Source: Malacoraja senta
Taxonomy: Eukaryota
Direction: 5' to 3'
Assembly: GCA_038087875.1 (NCBI GenBank)
Contig: JAXLNO010000455.1
Coordinates: 1 to 64,000 of the forward strand
DNA length: 64,000 nucleotides
Below the pieces are notes generated by a model that was given only the letters and a program-made list of their open reading frames with translations, ran no database searches and was not told the origin of the DNA. Positions 21,610 to 35,600 of the stretch are shown here, in pieces. The position numbers and the translations under genes are program-made. How positions within the stretch are numbered: the stretch's first letter is position 1; each line of letters opens with the position of its first letter.

Positions 21610-24600
21610 GCAAAACCAATATTCCCTTCCAGTTGTGTTTGCAATTCTCCATACATCTGTTATATTAGTATTTTTATATATGTGTTTAGAAGTTCACTAG
21701 TCTTAGATTTTAAGTTACCCTCCTTTGTTTTACTGATTTGTCTAAATATGGGTCTAAATGCAATTGAAATATCCCCCTATTATTACATTTTGGTAATTAA
21801 ACTCTGATATTATATCCAGAATGTTATTTAAAAATTGGGGGTTATCAAAATTCGGGGCATAAATATTTATCATAGTCAATGGGGTGGAGTAAATTTCTCC
21901 CGAAACTAAAGTAAATTGGAGTAAATTTCTCCCGAACCTTCCCTCTTTATCTGATATAGTATTCTTTAATGGTATATCTTTTCGAATGATAATAGCCGTG
22001 CCTCTAGATTTAGAAGTAAATGAAGAATAATATGTTTGACCTAACCAATTTGCCTTCAGTCTCATCTGTGTTTGTTGTTTCATATGTGTTGCCTGCAAAA
22101 AGATTATGTCAGAATTGAATGATTTTAATTGGGCAAAAATCTTGCCCCTTTTAATTGGTTCATTGGCACCCCTTATATTCCAGCTGCAGAACGTAATTCC
22201 TCCGTTCTTTATTTGTCTATCGTCTTGCATTATAGATCAATTTGATATTTTTGATTCATACGGTGCAACCAAATACTTCAGAACTCTGGGTGTTGGGTGG
22301 TCGTCCCGAACTTTTAGATTTGTTTTGCATCTCCTTCCTCTAGTATACCTTAATAAGAAAAAAAAGAAAGAATGTGTTGTGATAATAATTAAAAAAATAA
22401 AAAATAGAGACCGTGGTAGTGATTAAAAAAAAGGGTAATGTTAAGGTATGTAAGAGAAGATACCTTAAAAACAAGAAGCCACCTAAGGTGGGGAAAAATT
22501 TATGGACTTCCGTTGTTGTTATTGCACATTGTGCTCCGTCCCCTTGACCGATATCATGAAAGGCTGGTGGGCCGTTTCATATTGATAAAATTTATCCAAC
22601 CAGAGCAGGTAAAAAAAAAAAAGAGACTTCAGAAAGAGAGGGAAAAATACAAAAAAACAAAAACAGACCCATTCAATTCTATATGTATATATGCATTTCC
22701 AATTAGTCTAGCATTAAATTTATTCTAAAATTTACCATATGTAAATTATACACCCGAAGTTATTACATTACATCCCAGTCTTTATCTTAAGTACAGGATC
22801 TTTTACAAGTGTATGATGTTCCTCCCTCCTTCACACACGGTTATATTATGTTAGTATTGTTATGAACATTTTAATTAATTACAATATATTAGTATATATC
22901 ATTAATTTTAGTTCATTACCTTTAAACTAGGTTAAAATTATTTAACATCGTGGACTAAGCTCCCTTTATCCCCTCGCTCCGTGGGTTAGTCATTTTTACA
23001 GATTACGTTAAAAGTAGATTAGTATTATTAAGTTAGTTAGATTCATTGATTATTTAATATTAATATATGATAATTAAAGATTTTCTTAAATCAACAAGTT
23101 TTTATATACCAGTCCGTTTATATTACTTTCCGTGTTCCTCAATTTTAATTCTGTAACTTCGACTTCAATTTGTTTATCTTTAAGTTTTCCATTCAAGGTG
23201 GAACATGGACTCTGCGCTCGAAAACACATTCCAGGCAGATAAGCATGTCTGGTAACTGTCTGGAAAAGAGTTCCGCCATCTTAATTAAAACAGAATCTTT
23301 TATTAAAAAGTCTGATCTTCACCGTTCTCCTCTGTAGACTTCTGGTAATCAATCTTGTTCCTTTACGATATCTTGTGCATATTTAAATGCCAATTCAGGA
23401 TCCGTAAAGGAGCGTTCAGTAGAGTTATAAGTGATCCTCATTTTTGCAGGATACATTACCCCATATCTCACATTGGGGATTCCTTTCAGAATATTTCTTG
23501 ACCTTGTGAACAAGCTCCTTTTTTTTAACGATTTCAGGGGGATAATCACGGAAGAATCTAAGATTAACCCCAGCAAATGTCAGATCCGCTCCGTAAGGAA
23601 TCATCCTCATTACATTTTCCAGTGCAGAGATGTCAAGAAATGTCACTATAATCTGTCTTGGGGGGGGCATTTGGTCCTGTTTGAAAACGTCGTACCTGGT
23701 GAGCCACATATATTCTCGGGTTTCCGGCAGTTTAAAAACTCCTTTAATTAAGTTAGCAACGAAATCACGTGTTTGAATTCCACGCTCTCGTCCCTCCTGT
23801 ACTCCAACAATTCTTAAATTCTGCCTTCTCGATCACGCTTCCAAGTCCAGACATTTATCAGTCATTTTAACAAGTTGCTCCCCAGCAGATTCTTGTGCTT
23901 TTCTCAAACTCGTTATTTCCTTAGCCATCTCGTTCATTACAGTCTCCATATCTTCCATCAGCTTATCAGATTTTTTCATATTCTCAAACATCTTCTCAAA
24001 TTTCTTATTATAGTCTTTTTCCATTCTGCTAAATTCTGCAGCTGACTTTTTGTCAAGTTCTTTAAACTGCTTCTTTAAAGAGGTGTACAGCTCCTTTAAT
24101 TCACCACAGTGTCAATTTTTTAGAGAGGTTATTCTCCAATTTAGAGAGATTATTCTCCAATGTACTGTTCACGTCCGCTATCATTTGGGAAATGTCTTTA
24201 GTAACATTGGTTCTTACCATCTGTTCCATTTGCTTCATCTCTTTCTCTTTCTCCTTTATCTCTCTACCTCTCTTTTGAAGCCATTTCAGACACAAAACGT
24301 TGATTTTAATTCGGAGTCACGTGAGTGACTACGTGAAGAAGACCCCGTCCAGCCGCATACGCGTCATTATCGATCAGACGCATAGCGTTCATGACCGTGT
24401 GTGGAGGAGCAGGAGCTCCTCCAGCCGGTGAGTAAAACAAAAGTAAAACAAAAGTCTGAAGGTAAGTGGGTTACTTTTCACTTACAGGAGCGTTTCCTTC
24501 CCGTTTAGACTTGTTTGTTGGAGCTCCACTCAAGTTTATTATGGAGAAATGGGAAGGATAGGCGGCCAGGGACGCACCGTAGTAAAACCCCAGATCCTAA

Positions 24601-25999
24601 GGGTAGCGGGCGTCAGTCAGGGGAGTCAGTGGCAGCGAAGCCATTAACTCCCGTTGTGGTCGAATGTGCTGTTAAACCGCCGGCGGCGGGGCGCAAGGCT
24701 GAGAAAAAAAAATCGGCCCGACCTGTAGACTCGGATGAGTCAGACCTGGAGGTATGCCCTCCTCAGGCAGGAAAGATTATTACACTGCAAGGGTCAAAAA
24801 CGTTATAACTCCTTATAGGGCAGATGATTTGTAAAGAACCCCCACAGGAGGATTTAAGTCGGTGTTGGCCAATGAAATATAGCACAGGAGGTGCCTTTGG
24901 AACAGGCACAAGGGTGGCCTACAGGAGAGCCATCAGTGCCTGTGCAGAAACATTAAAGAGGTTGGCCTACAGGAGAGCCAGTGCCCAAAAATGCCAGAAA
25001 AAGGCAAGTTATGTGTTGGCCTATTGGAGAGCCAGTACTAGAAATGCCTGAACAAAAGGCAGCACAAACGTGCAATGATAAATGTGCCAGCACCGACAAA
25101 TATAAAGAGTAAAAATAATGAAGCGTTGGCCTAGAATTGAGCCAGCGCCAGCAGCACCTGAAGCAGGGCTGCCTGTCCGTGGGCCTACAAGAGAGCCCGA
25201 GCAGGGGGAATCTGGCAGAGACTTAACTGAAACAGGGGAGCCAGAAATTACCCAACATAAAAATGAATATCTAGATTTAGATGATGATTTAAATGAGGAC
25301 CAGAGCCCATTATCAGAGCCAAAAATATTCCAAGGCTGGCACAAAACGTTGCTGTTCCCAGAGTAACAGGGGAACAGGGGAACCTTTGAGAGAGGAAATA
25401 GCTATGACTATAAATTATCTACCCATCAGCCCCAGGAATTAACCATGGATGAGACTATCAAAAAATATGAGACCCGGGAAATTGTAGCAGTTACAGCAGT
25501 GAATAACTTGATATGGGTAATTTGAGCAGTGGTTTATGCTCACAAGAATTGAAATTACACAAGTGCTGACATTTCTGGGGTCAGTGGTTTGGATGAAGGT
25601 TATATATCGTATTCACAACAAAATGCCTTAGTACTCATGTGTAGTGCGCACTTTGAAATAAATTGTATTCATAAAAATGCAATAAGACCAAATATTCATC
25701 CTAAGTATGCAGGCTCTGCAAACCATCCAATATACAAATGCCTAAATCTGTTTTGGAGAAAATGTAGCAAAGAAACTAAAAGATCACCTATGCTGAGCAG
25801 AGCGGTGAGAAGGCAGTATCCCTACAGGCGAAATGTGGTGCTGGAGAAGGAACAATCCTATCATTCTCGTATACACGTTGACGTGCTGCACCGAGGATAC
25901 GTGGAGGTTACAATGTGCCTACTAGAAGGGGCCAACAACTGCCGGTGGCAAACCCCGAGGTTAGGGGGCTTGGTCTGGTAAGAAATACAACAAATGTTT

Positions 26000-27892
26000 C
26001 ACACTCACAAATAGGGGGAAGGTTACGATTCTTCCTAAAAGATGGCAATCAATAATAAATGATTCATTTATTCTATGTAGCATTGTAGGATTCAAAATTG
26101 AGTTTTCTCCACGTTTGGATCCTCCAATTCAGCATAATTCAAACTGGTCACGGATTTTTCTCAAAGGAAAAGAATGGGTTGATCAAAGGAGAATTGAAAA
26201 TTTTTATGCAGAAAAGGATGATATAAATGTCAGTAGAACAACACCACCAGTTTGTGTCAAATATTCTCCTATGAATATTCTCCTAGAAAAGGGATGGTGG
26301 ACGTAGAATCATTTCCGATCTGACAAATCTTAACCTTTATGTACAATAGAAACATTTCAAAATGGAAACATTTACTAATGCCATTTAGCTAGTCACAAAG
26401 AATTGCTACAAGGCAAGCATAGATCTGCAAAATGCATATTATTCTGTGGCAATGCATGGTAATGATCAAAGATACTTGAAATTTAGATGGATGAGTCAGT
26501 TATGGCAACTTAAAGCATTGCCCAATGATTTCAGTACCAAGATTATTCACTAAATTGCTCAAACCAATTTTAGCCCTGTTAAGAGCTGAGGGCCATGTAT
26601 TAATGGCTTATTTAGATGATATCCTCATTGTAGGGGACACTTTGGCTGCTGCAAAATTTTCAGTGTCCAGAGTCAAATACATTTTGAGAAATTAGGTTTC
26701 ATTATTCACCTACAAAAATCTAAATTGTTACCAAGCAAAAAGATTGATTACCTAGGGTTCACAATTAACTCCGAACACATGGTAATCACTTTGCCAAAAG
26801 ATAAAAAGCTGCAGTTAATTGAAGGTTGCATAAAACTCATTAACGAGGACACACCTTCAATTAGAGAAGTGGCAAGCTTGCTAGGCAAATTAATTGCAGG
26901 GTTTCCAGCGGTCACGTTTGGACCATTGCATTATCAATGTTTACAGAGAGCTAAGGTACAAGCGTTAAAAATGAATAGAGGGCATTTTGATAGGCCCATG
27001 AAATTAACAATGCAATCCATTACAGAAATAGAATGGTGGATTAACAATGTTTCTAATGCTTCCAGAAAAGTTCTGGTAGAAACACCTTCCGTCACTCTAC
27101 AGACTGATGTAAGTGCGCTGAGTTGGGGCGCTACTAACATGATTTACAGCTGTGGAGGTAGGTGGAATGTGAGTGAAATACCTTTGCTGGAAAATCTGGG
27201 AATCAATTACCAAGAGGTATTAGGCGCATTTTACGGCCTTAGAGCTGATTGCACTGATATGGGAAATGTGCATGTTCAGGTACAGGTTGACAAAACTACA
27301 GCTGTAGCAAACATAAATCACATGGGTGGTATAAAATCAGAATCATGTGATAAATTGGCAAATGAAATTTGGACCTGGGGTATTGCCAGAAAAATGTGGC
27401 TGTCAGCAATATATTTACCAGGTAAAAATTAATACAATTGCAGACAAAAGATCACGTAAATTCAATGATAATACAGAATGGATGTTAAATCGGAAAATAT
27501 TCACACAAATTATCACACAATTTGAAATGCCAGAAATTGATCTGTTTGCATCAAGATTGAACCACCAGTTGCCTAAGTATGTGTCATGGGAACCTGATCC
27601 TGGAGCAGTAGTGGTGGGTGCTTTCTCGCTACATTGAGGTGGTATGTTTCTGTATGCTTTTCCACCATTTTGTTTAATCCACAAATGCATACAGAAAATT
27701 AAACAAGATTCAGCCTCAGGGATTTTGGTAGTACCAGATTGGCCTGCACAGGTATGGTACCCACTGGTGTTAAAAATGGGGAAAAAAACCCTTATGGTTA
27801 TTCCAAAGCAGATTAAATTGCTTGTACACCCTGTGACTAATGAATCACATCCTTTACATAATCGTATTGGTTTGTTGATTTGCAGATTCTAA
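26000..27892 (+). pseudogene. DIRS1 pol remnant: RT, RNase H and adenine-methyltransferase-like domain
   Basis: HFKMET, SIDLQNAYYSV, YLDDIL (26609), YLGFTINS, TLQTDVS..WGA, VDKTTAVANINHMGG, IDLFASRLNHQLP, YAFPPF, VVPDWPAQVWYP. Multiple stops and frameshifts. Confidence 0.9.
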
Positions 27893-28790
27893 GAAGGCCA
27901 TATCTTGGAAAAGGATTATCAGATGTTATGAGAGCAGCCTGGAGGAATAGTACCCAGAAGCAGTACATTTCCTATATAAAGAAATGGGAGGTGTTTTGTT
28001 CAGGAAAGAATATTGCATATAACACAGCAGAAATTTCAGATGTAATAGAGTTTCTTTCAACTCTACACTATGAATTGAAATTAAGTTATAGTGCAATTAA
28101 TACTGCACGAAGTGCACTCTCTGCATATTTAAGCAGTGAATCAGAACAAACTACAATTGGAGCACATCCTTGGGTCTGTAGGTTTATGAAAGGAATTTTC
28201 AACTCTAATCCTCCCAGACCCAGGTATACAGAAATTTGGAATGTAAAAGATGTACTGATTGGAATCCAGTTGAAACTCTGTCATTATCCAAAATTACCAT
28301 AAAATTGGTTATGCTCATGGCATTAGTTTCAGCGCAGAGAGTTCAAACATTACAGAAACTCAGAATTGATAGAATGAAAGTAGGGCAAAATGCCGTGACA
28401 TTCTATGTCTATGATTTACGGAAGCAAAGTAGACCTGGGTTCACAGGATGCAAGTTGGAATTTTTAGCATATCCTACAGATTCACGACTGTGTGTAGTAA
28501 CATATGTGAAATGTTACATAGAAACAACAAAAGTTTTAAGAGGCGCCGAATGGGCATTTTTTATTAGTCATAAAAAGCCTCATAAGAAAGTGTCAACACA
28601 AACAATTTCACGATGGTTGAAACAGGTGTTGAGATATTCAGGTATTGATACTGATAAATTTAAATCTCAATCCACCAGGGCGGCATCAACATCAGCGGCC
28701 AGGGATTCAGACGTGCAATAGACCTTATTCTCGCGGCCGCAGGATGGGCAAGTGAACAGATGTTTCACAAGTATTACCTTAAGGAGATTA
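27880..28790 (+). pseudogene. DIRS1 tyrosine recombinase remnant
   Basis: SYSAINTARSALS, PPRPRY..IWNV, SAQRVQTL, SQSTRAASTS (H-S-T-R box with H changed to Q), AAGW...FHKYY. One frameshift and one stop. Confidence 0.9.
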
Positions 28791-29661
28791 AAGATCTCAG
28801 AGGGTTTGGTGATGCCGTGCTGGATACAGTATTAAATCCCCCATTATAATAAATGGGCCTAATTTTGTTACTTTTATTAAAATAAATAAAACCATTAACT
28901 GATTACATTCAAATGTTGTGGTTATGCATTGTTGATTGTGCTTACTCAAATAGAGTCAATCGATGCAGTGAACACCTGGATTTGAATCCACGGTGTGAAA
29001 TCACAGAGCTTTGAAATCTTCACGTAGTCACTCACGTGACTCCGAAGTAAAATAGTAAGATTAAACGAGAACTTACCAAGTTTGAAGTTTGATCTTTATT
29101 TTATGAGGAGTAACGTTGAGGGATTACGTGCCCTCCGCTCCCACCCTCATAAAAAGATCAAGCTGGTAGTTCTAAGTCTTTAGGCATCTTACTATCATAC
29201 TTCAGTAATTATCGTCTGTGATTGTCACTCCGCTGCTTTGAAGGATTGACGCGTATACGGCTGGACGGGGTCTTCTTCACGTAATCCCTCAACGTTACTC
29301 CTCATAAAATAAAGATCAAACTTCAAACTTGGTAAGTTCTCGTTTAATCTTACTAGAGTCAACTTCTTCTTCCGAGCTTTCTGTTGTTGATTGCAGTTTG
29401 CGGAGTTTTACAAGGTTCCTGAAGATGGAGTTTGGTAGCAGGTTTTCAAGGTCTCCGTGAACGATTCCCTTTACTCATTTGAAACTCCCGTTAAACTCCG
29501 ATTATTCGCGGCGATTTCTGATGACGTCACTTAAGCGACGTCAAACAGCTCCGGTGAGTGTTTTTAAATCGGTCTCGTCTTTCAAAATGGCTTTTTTGCT
29601 ATTTTAGCGGGAGCGGAGCTCAAAGCTGCGCCCTTACAGCTCCATGGCGCCACCGGAAGTC

Positions 29662-32600
29662 ACCTTTTGCATTATCAAAGCAATCCTTTTCCATTTTCAA
29701 ACTAAACCACCATTTGAATTTTCAAACCAAACCACCTTTTGCAATTTCAAAGCAAACCTTTTGCATTTTCAAAGCAAACCTTTTGTATTTTCAAACCAAA
29801 GCACCATTTGCATTTTCAAACCAAACCACCATTTGCGTTTTCAAACCAAACCACCATTTGCATTTTCAAACGAAACCACCTTTTGCATTTTCATACCAAA
29901 CCTCCTTTTGCATTTTCAAACTAGACCACCTTTTGAATTTTCAAACCAAACCACCTTTTGCATTTTCAAAGCAAACCACCTTTTTGCATTTTCAAAGCAA
30001 ACCTTTTGCATTTTCATAGTAAACCACCCTTTGCATTTTCATAGTAAACCACCTTTTGCATTTTCAAAGCTAAAACCACCTTTTTGCAATTTTAAAGCAA
30101 ACTACCTTTTGTATTTTCAAAGCAAACCACCGTTTGCGTAAAGCAAACAACCTTTTGCATTTTCAAAGCAAACCTTTGCATTTTCAAAGGAAACCTTTTG
30201 CATTTTCAAAGCAAACCTTTTGCATTTTCATAGCAAACTACCTTTTGAATTTTCAAAGCAAACCACCTTTTTGCATTTTCAAAGCAAACCGTTTGCATTT
30301 TCATAGCAAACCACCTTTTGCATTTTCATAGCAAACCACCTTTTGCATTTTCGTAGCAAACCTCCTTTTGCATTTTCAAACAAAACCACTATTTGCATTT
30401 TCAAACCAAACCACAATTTGTATTTTTAAACGAAACCACCTTTTGCATTTTCAAACCAAACGTCATTTTGCATTTCCAAACCAAACTTCGTTATGCATTT
30501 TTAAACCAAACCTCCTTTTGCATTTTCAAAACAAACCAGCTTTTTGCATTTTCAAAGCCAACCACCTTTTTTTGCATTTTCAAAGCAAACCTTTTGCATT
30601 TTCAAAGCAAACCACCTTTTTGCATTTTCAAAGCAAACTGTTTGCATTTTCATAGCAAACCACCTTTTGCATTTTCATACCAAAATCCTTTTGCATTTTC
30701 AAATCAAACCAAATCACCTTTTGCATTTTCAAACCAAACCCCTTTTGCATTTTCAAACCAAACTTCCTTTCGCATTTTCAAAGCAAAGCTTTTGCATTTT
30801 CAAAGCAAACCTGTTGTATTTTCATAGCAAACGTTTTGCATTCTCATAGCAAACCACCTTTTGCAATTTCATAGCAAACCACCTTTTGCATTTTCATAGA
30901 AAACCACCTATTGCATTTTCAAACCAAACCTTTTGCATTTTCAAAACAAACCACCTTTTGCACTTTCAAAGCAACCCTTTTGCATTTTCAAACCTTACTT
31001 TTTGCATTTTTCACGCAAACCTTTGGCATTCTCATAGCAAACCACCTTTTGCATTTTCACAGCTAACCACATTTTGCCTTTTCAAAGCAAACCACCTTTT
31101 GCATTTTCAAAGCAAACCACCTTTTGCATTTTCAAAGCAAACCATCTTTTGCATTTCCAAACAAAACCACAATTTGCATTTTCAAACCAAACCACCTTTT
31201 GCATTTTCGAAGCAAACCACCTTTTTCATTTTCGAAGGAAAACAGCTTTTGCATTTTCAAAGCAAACCACCTTTTGCATTGTCAAAGCATACCAACTTTT
31301 GCAATTTCAAAGCAAACCTTTGCATTTTAAAGCAAACCTTATGTATTTGCAATGCAAACATTTTACATTTGCATTTCCAAACCAAACCACCATTTGCATT
31401 TTCAAACCAAACCACCTTTTGCATTGTCAAAGCAAACCACCTTTTGCATTTTGAAAGCAAACCTTTTGCATTTTCAACCCAAACCTTTTGCATTTTCAAA
31501 CCAAACCACCATTTGCATTTTCACAGCAAACCACCTTTTGCATTTTCAAAGCAAACCACCTTTTGCATTTTCACAGCAAACCACCTTTTGCATTTTCAAA
31601 GCAAACCTTTGCATTTTTAAAGCAAACCACCTTTCGAATTTTCAAGGCAAACCACCTTTTATATTTCCAAAGCAAACCACCTTTTGCATTTTCAAAGCAA
31701 ACCACATTTTGCATTTTAAGGCAAACCAGCATTGCATTTTCAAAGCAAACCACCATTTGCATTTTAGAAGCAACCCTTTTGCATTTTCAAACCTTACTTT
31801 TTGCATTTTTCACGCAAAGCTTTGGCATTTTCATAGCAAACCACCTTTTGCATTTTCACAGCTAACCACATTTGCCTTTTCAAAGCAAACCACCTTTGCA
31901 TTTTCAAAGCAAACCACCTTTTGCATTTTCGAAGCAAACCACCTTTTGCATTTTCAAACCAATCCTCTTTTTACATTTTCAAACCAAACATCCTTTTGCA
32001 TTTTCAAACCAAACAACCATTTGCATTTTCAAACCAAATCACGTTGCATTTTCAGACCACCATTTGCATTTTCAAAGCAAACCACCTTTTGCATTTCCAA
32101 ACAAAACCACAATTTGCATTTTCAAACCAAACCACCTTTTGCATTTTCGAAGCAAACCACCTTTTTTATTTTCGAAGGAAACCAGCTTTTGCATTTTCAA
32201 AGCTAACCACATTTTGCCTTTTCAAAGCAATCCACCTTTTGCAATTTCAAAGCAAACCTTTGCATTTTTAAAGCAAACCTTATGTATTTGCAATGCAAAC
32301 ATTTTACATTTGCATTTCCAAACCAAACCACCATTTGCATTTTCAAACCAAACCACCTTTTGCATTGTCAAAGCAAACCACCTTTTGCATTTTGAAAGCA
32401 AACCTTTTGCATTTTCAACCCAAACCTTTTGCATTTTCAAACCAAACCACCATTTACATTTTCACAGCAAACCACCTTTTGCATTTTCAAAGCAAACCAC
32501 CTTTTGCATTTTCACAGCAAACCACCTTTTGCATTTTCAAAGCAAACCTTTGCATTTTTAAAGCAAATCACCTTTCACATTTTCAAGGCAAACCACCTTT

Positions 32601-35600
32601 TATATTTCCAAAGCAAACCACCTTTTGCATTTTCAAAGCAAACCACATTTTGCATTTTAAGGCAAACCTGCATTGCATTTTCAAAGCAAACCACCATTTG
32701 CATTTTAGAAGCAAACCGCCATTTGCATTTTCGAAGCAAACCTTTTGCATTTTCAAAGCAAACATTTTGCATTCTCATAGCAACCCATCTCCATTTTCAA
32801 ACCAATCCACCATTTGCATTTTCAAACCAAACCACCATTTGCATTTTCAAACCAAACCAACTTTTGCATTTTCAAAGCAAACCAACTTTTGCATTTTCAA
32901 AGCAAACCATTTGCATTTTCAAAACAAACCTTTTGCATTTTCAAACCAAACCACCATTTACATTTTCAAAGCAAACCACCTTTTGCATTTTCAAAGCAAA
33001 CCACCTTTTGCATTTTCAAAGCAACCACCATTTGCATTTTCGAAGCAAATGGCCATTTCCAATTTCGAAGCAAACCTTTTGCATTCTAATAGCAACCCTT
33101 TGCCATTTTCAAACTAAACCACAATTTGCATTTTCAAACCAAACCACATTTTGCATTTTCAAAGCAAACCTTTTGCATTCTCAAAGCAAACCAACTTTTG
33201 CATTTTCAAAACAAACCTTTTGCATTCTCACAGCAAACCTTTTCCATTTTCAAACCAAACCACCTTTGGCATTTTCAAACCAAACCTCCTTTTGCATTTG
33301 CAAACCAGACCTCCTTTTGTATTTTCAAACGAAAACTCCTTTTGCATTTTCAAAGCAAACCACCTTTTTGCATTTTCAAAGCAAACCTTTTGCATTTACA
33401 TAGCAAACTACCTTTTGCAAATTCACAGTAAACCACCTTTTGCATTTTCAAAGCTAAAACCACCTTTTTACAATTTTAAAGCAAACCACCTTTTGTATTT
33501 TCAACGCTAACCACCATTTGTATTTCCAAAGCAAACCACCGTTTGCGTAAAGCAACCAACCTTTTGCATTTTCTAAGCAAACCTTTGCATTTTCAAAGCA
33601 AACCTTTTGCATTTTCATAGCACACAACCTTTTGCATTTTCATAGCAAACCACCTTTTGCAATTTCAACGCAAACCACATTTTGCATTTTCAAAGCAAAC
33701 CACCTTTTGCATTTTCAAAGCATGCCTTTTGCATTTTCAAAGCAAACCTTTTGCATTGCCAAAGCAAACCTTTTGCATTTTCAAACCAGACCACCATTTG
33801 TATATTCAAACCAAACCACCATTTGCATTTTCAAACCAAAGCACAATTTGCATTTTCAAACCCAACCACCTTTTGTATTTTCAAACCAAACATCTTTTGC
33901 ATTTTCAAACCAAACTTCCTTTTGCATTTTCAAAGCAAATCTTTTGCATTTTCAAAGCAAACCATTGCATTTTCAAAGCAAACCTTTTTACATTTTCATA
34001 TCATACCACCTTTTGCATTTTCATAGCAAACAACCGTTTGCATTTTCAAAGCAAACCAACTTTTTGCATTTTCAACGCCAACCTCCTTTTGCATTTTCAA
34101 AGCAAACCACCAATTGCAATTTCAAACCAAAGCACCAATTGCATTTTCAAACCAAACCACATTTTGCATTTTCAAAGCAAACCTTTTGCATTCTCAAAGC
34201 AAACCAACTTTTGCATTTTCAAAACAAACCTTTTGCATTCTCATAGCAAACCTTTTCCATTTTCAAACCAAACCACATTTTGCATTTTCAAACCAAACCT
34301 CCATTTGCATTTGCAAACCAGACCTCCTTTTGTATTTTCAAACGAAAACTCCTTTTGCATTTTCAAAGCAAACCACCTTTTTGCATTTTCAAAGCAAACC
34401 TTTTGCATTTACATAGCAAAATACCTTTTGCAAATTCATAGTAAATCACCTTTTGCATTTTCAAAGATAAAACCACCTTTTTGCAATTTTAAAGCAAACC
34501 ACCTTTTGCATTTTCAACGCTAACCACCATTTGTATTTTCAAAGCAAACCACCGTTTGCGTAAAGCAACCAACCTTTTGCATTTTCTAAGCAAACCTTTG
34601 CATTTTCAAAGCAAATCTTTTGCAATTTCATAGCACACTACCTTTTGCATTTTCATAGCAAACCACCTTTTGCATTTTCAACGCAAACCACATTTTGCAT
34701 TTTCAAAGCAAACCACCTTTTGCATTTTCAAAGCATGCCTTTTGCATTTTCAAAGCAAACCTTTTGCATTGCCAAAGCAAACCTTTTGCATTTTCAAACC
34801 AGACCACCATTTGTAGTTTCAAACCAAACCACCATTTGCATTTTCAAACCAAAGCACCATTTGCATTTTCAAACCAAACCACCTTTTGCATTTTCAAACC
34901 AAACATCTTTTGCATTTCAAACCAAAGTTCCCTTTGCATTTTCAAAGCAAATCTTTTGCATTTTCAAAGCAAATCCTTTGCATTTTCAAAGCAAATCGTT
35001 TGCATTTCCAAAGCAAACCTTTTGCAATTTCAAAGCAAACCAACTTTTTGCATTTTCAACGCCAACCTCCTTTTGCATTTACAAAGCAAACCACCGTTTG
35101 CATAAAGCAAACCACCTTTTGTATTTCCAAAGCAAACCTCCTTTTGCATTTTCAAAGCAAACTTTTTGCATTTTCACAGCAAACCTTTTGCATTTTCAAA
35201 CAAAACCACCTTTTGCATTTCCAAACCAAACCCCCATTTGCATTTTCAAACCCAACCACCAATTGCAATTTCAAACCAAAGCACCAATTGCATTTTCAAA
35301 CCAAACCTTTTGCATTTTCACACCAAACGTTTTGCATTTTCAAACGAAACCACCATTTGCAATTTCAAATCAAACCACCATTTGCATTTTCAAATCAAAC
35401 CACCTTTTGCATTATCAAAGCAAATCTTTTGCATTCTTAAAGCAAACCTTTTTCCATTTTCAAACCAAACCACCTTTTGCATTTCCAAACCAAACCATCA
35501 TTTCCATTTTCAAACCAAACCACCTTTTACAATTTCAAAGCAAACCACCTTTTGCATTTACAAAGCAAACATTTTGCAATTTCAAAGCATACCGTTTGCA

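Larger units (their letters stand above)
24304..29355 (+). mobile_element. DIRS1-like tyrosine-recombinase retrotransposon, structurally complete with decayed ORFs, nested in L1-A ORF1
   Basis: Inverted terminal repeats (24330-24366 vs ~29247-29283). Internal complementary region ~29018-29130 matches both termini. RT, RNase H, methyltransferase-like and YR motifs. No TSD. Confidence 0.95.
7081..29661 (-). mobile_element. L1-A: full-length degenerate L1-clade LINE in five pieces (7081-7231, 14593-16094, 19521-21371, 21610-24303, 29356-29661)
   Basis: A-rich tail with AATAAA at ~7081-7110. ORF2 runs 22230 to 14753: EN motifs SWNIRG, INIYAPN, RIDYF, SDH; RT motifs RQRCALSP, LYADD; C-terminal CDKC..H..C. 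ORF1 remnants run 29478 to 23349. 5' end is GACTTCCGG. Candidate TSD ACCTTTTGCATT(C/A)TC at 7066-7080 and 29662-29676. Confidence 0.9.

Noticed and set aside
27440..27892. Methyltransferase-like motifs as a prokaryotic restriction-modification gene or contamination
   Set aside because: This is a known domain at the end of DIRS1 pol, here in its expected position between RNase H and the recombinase.
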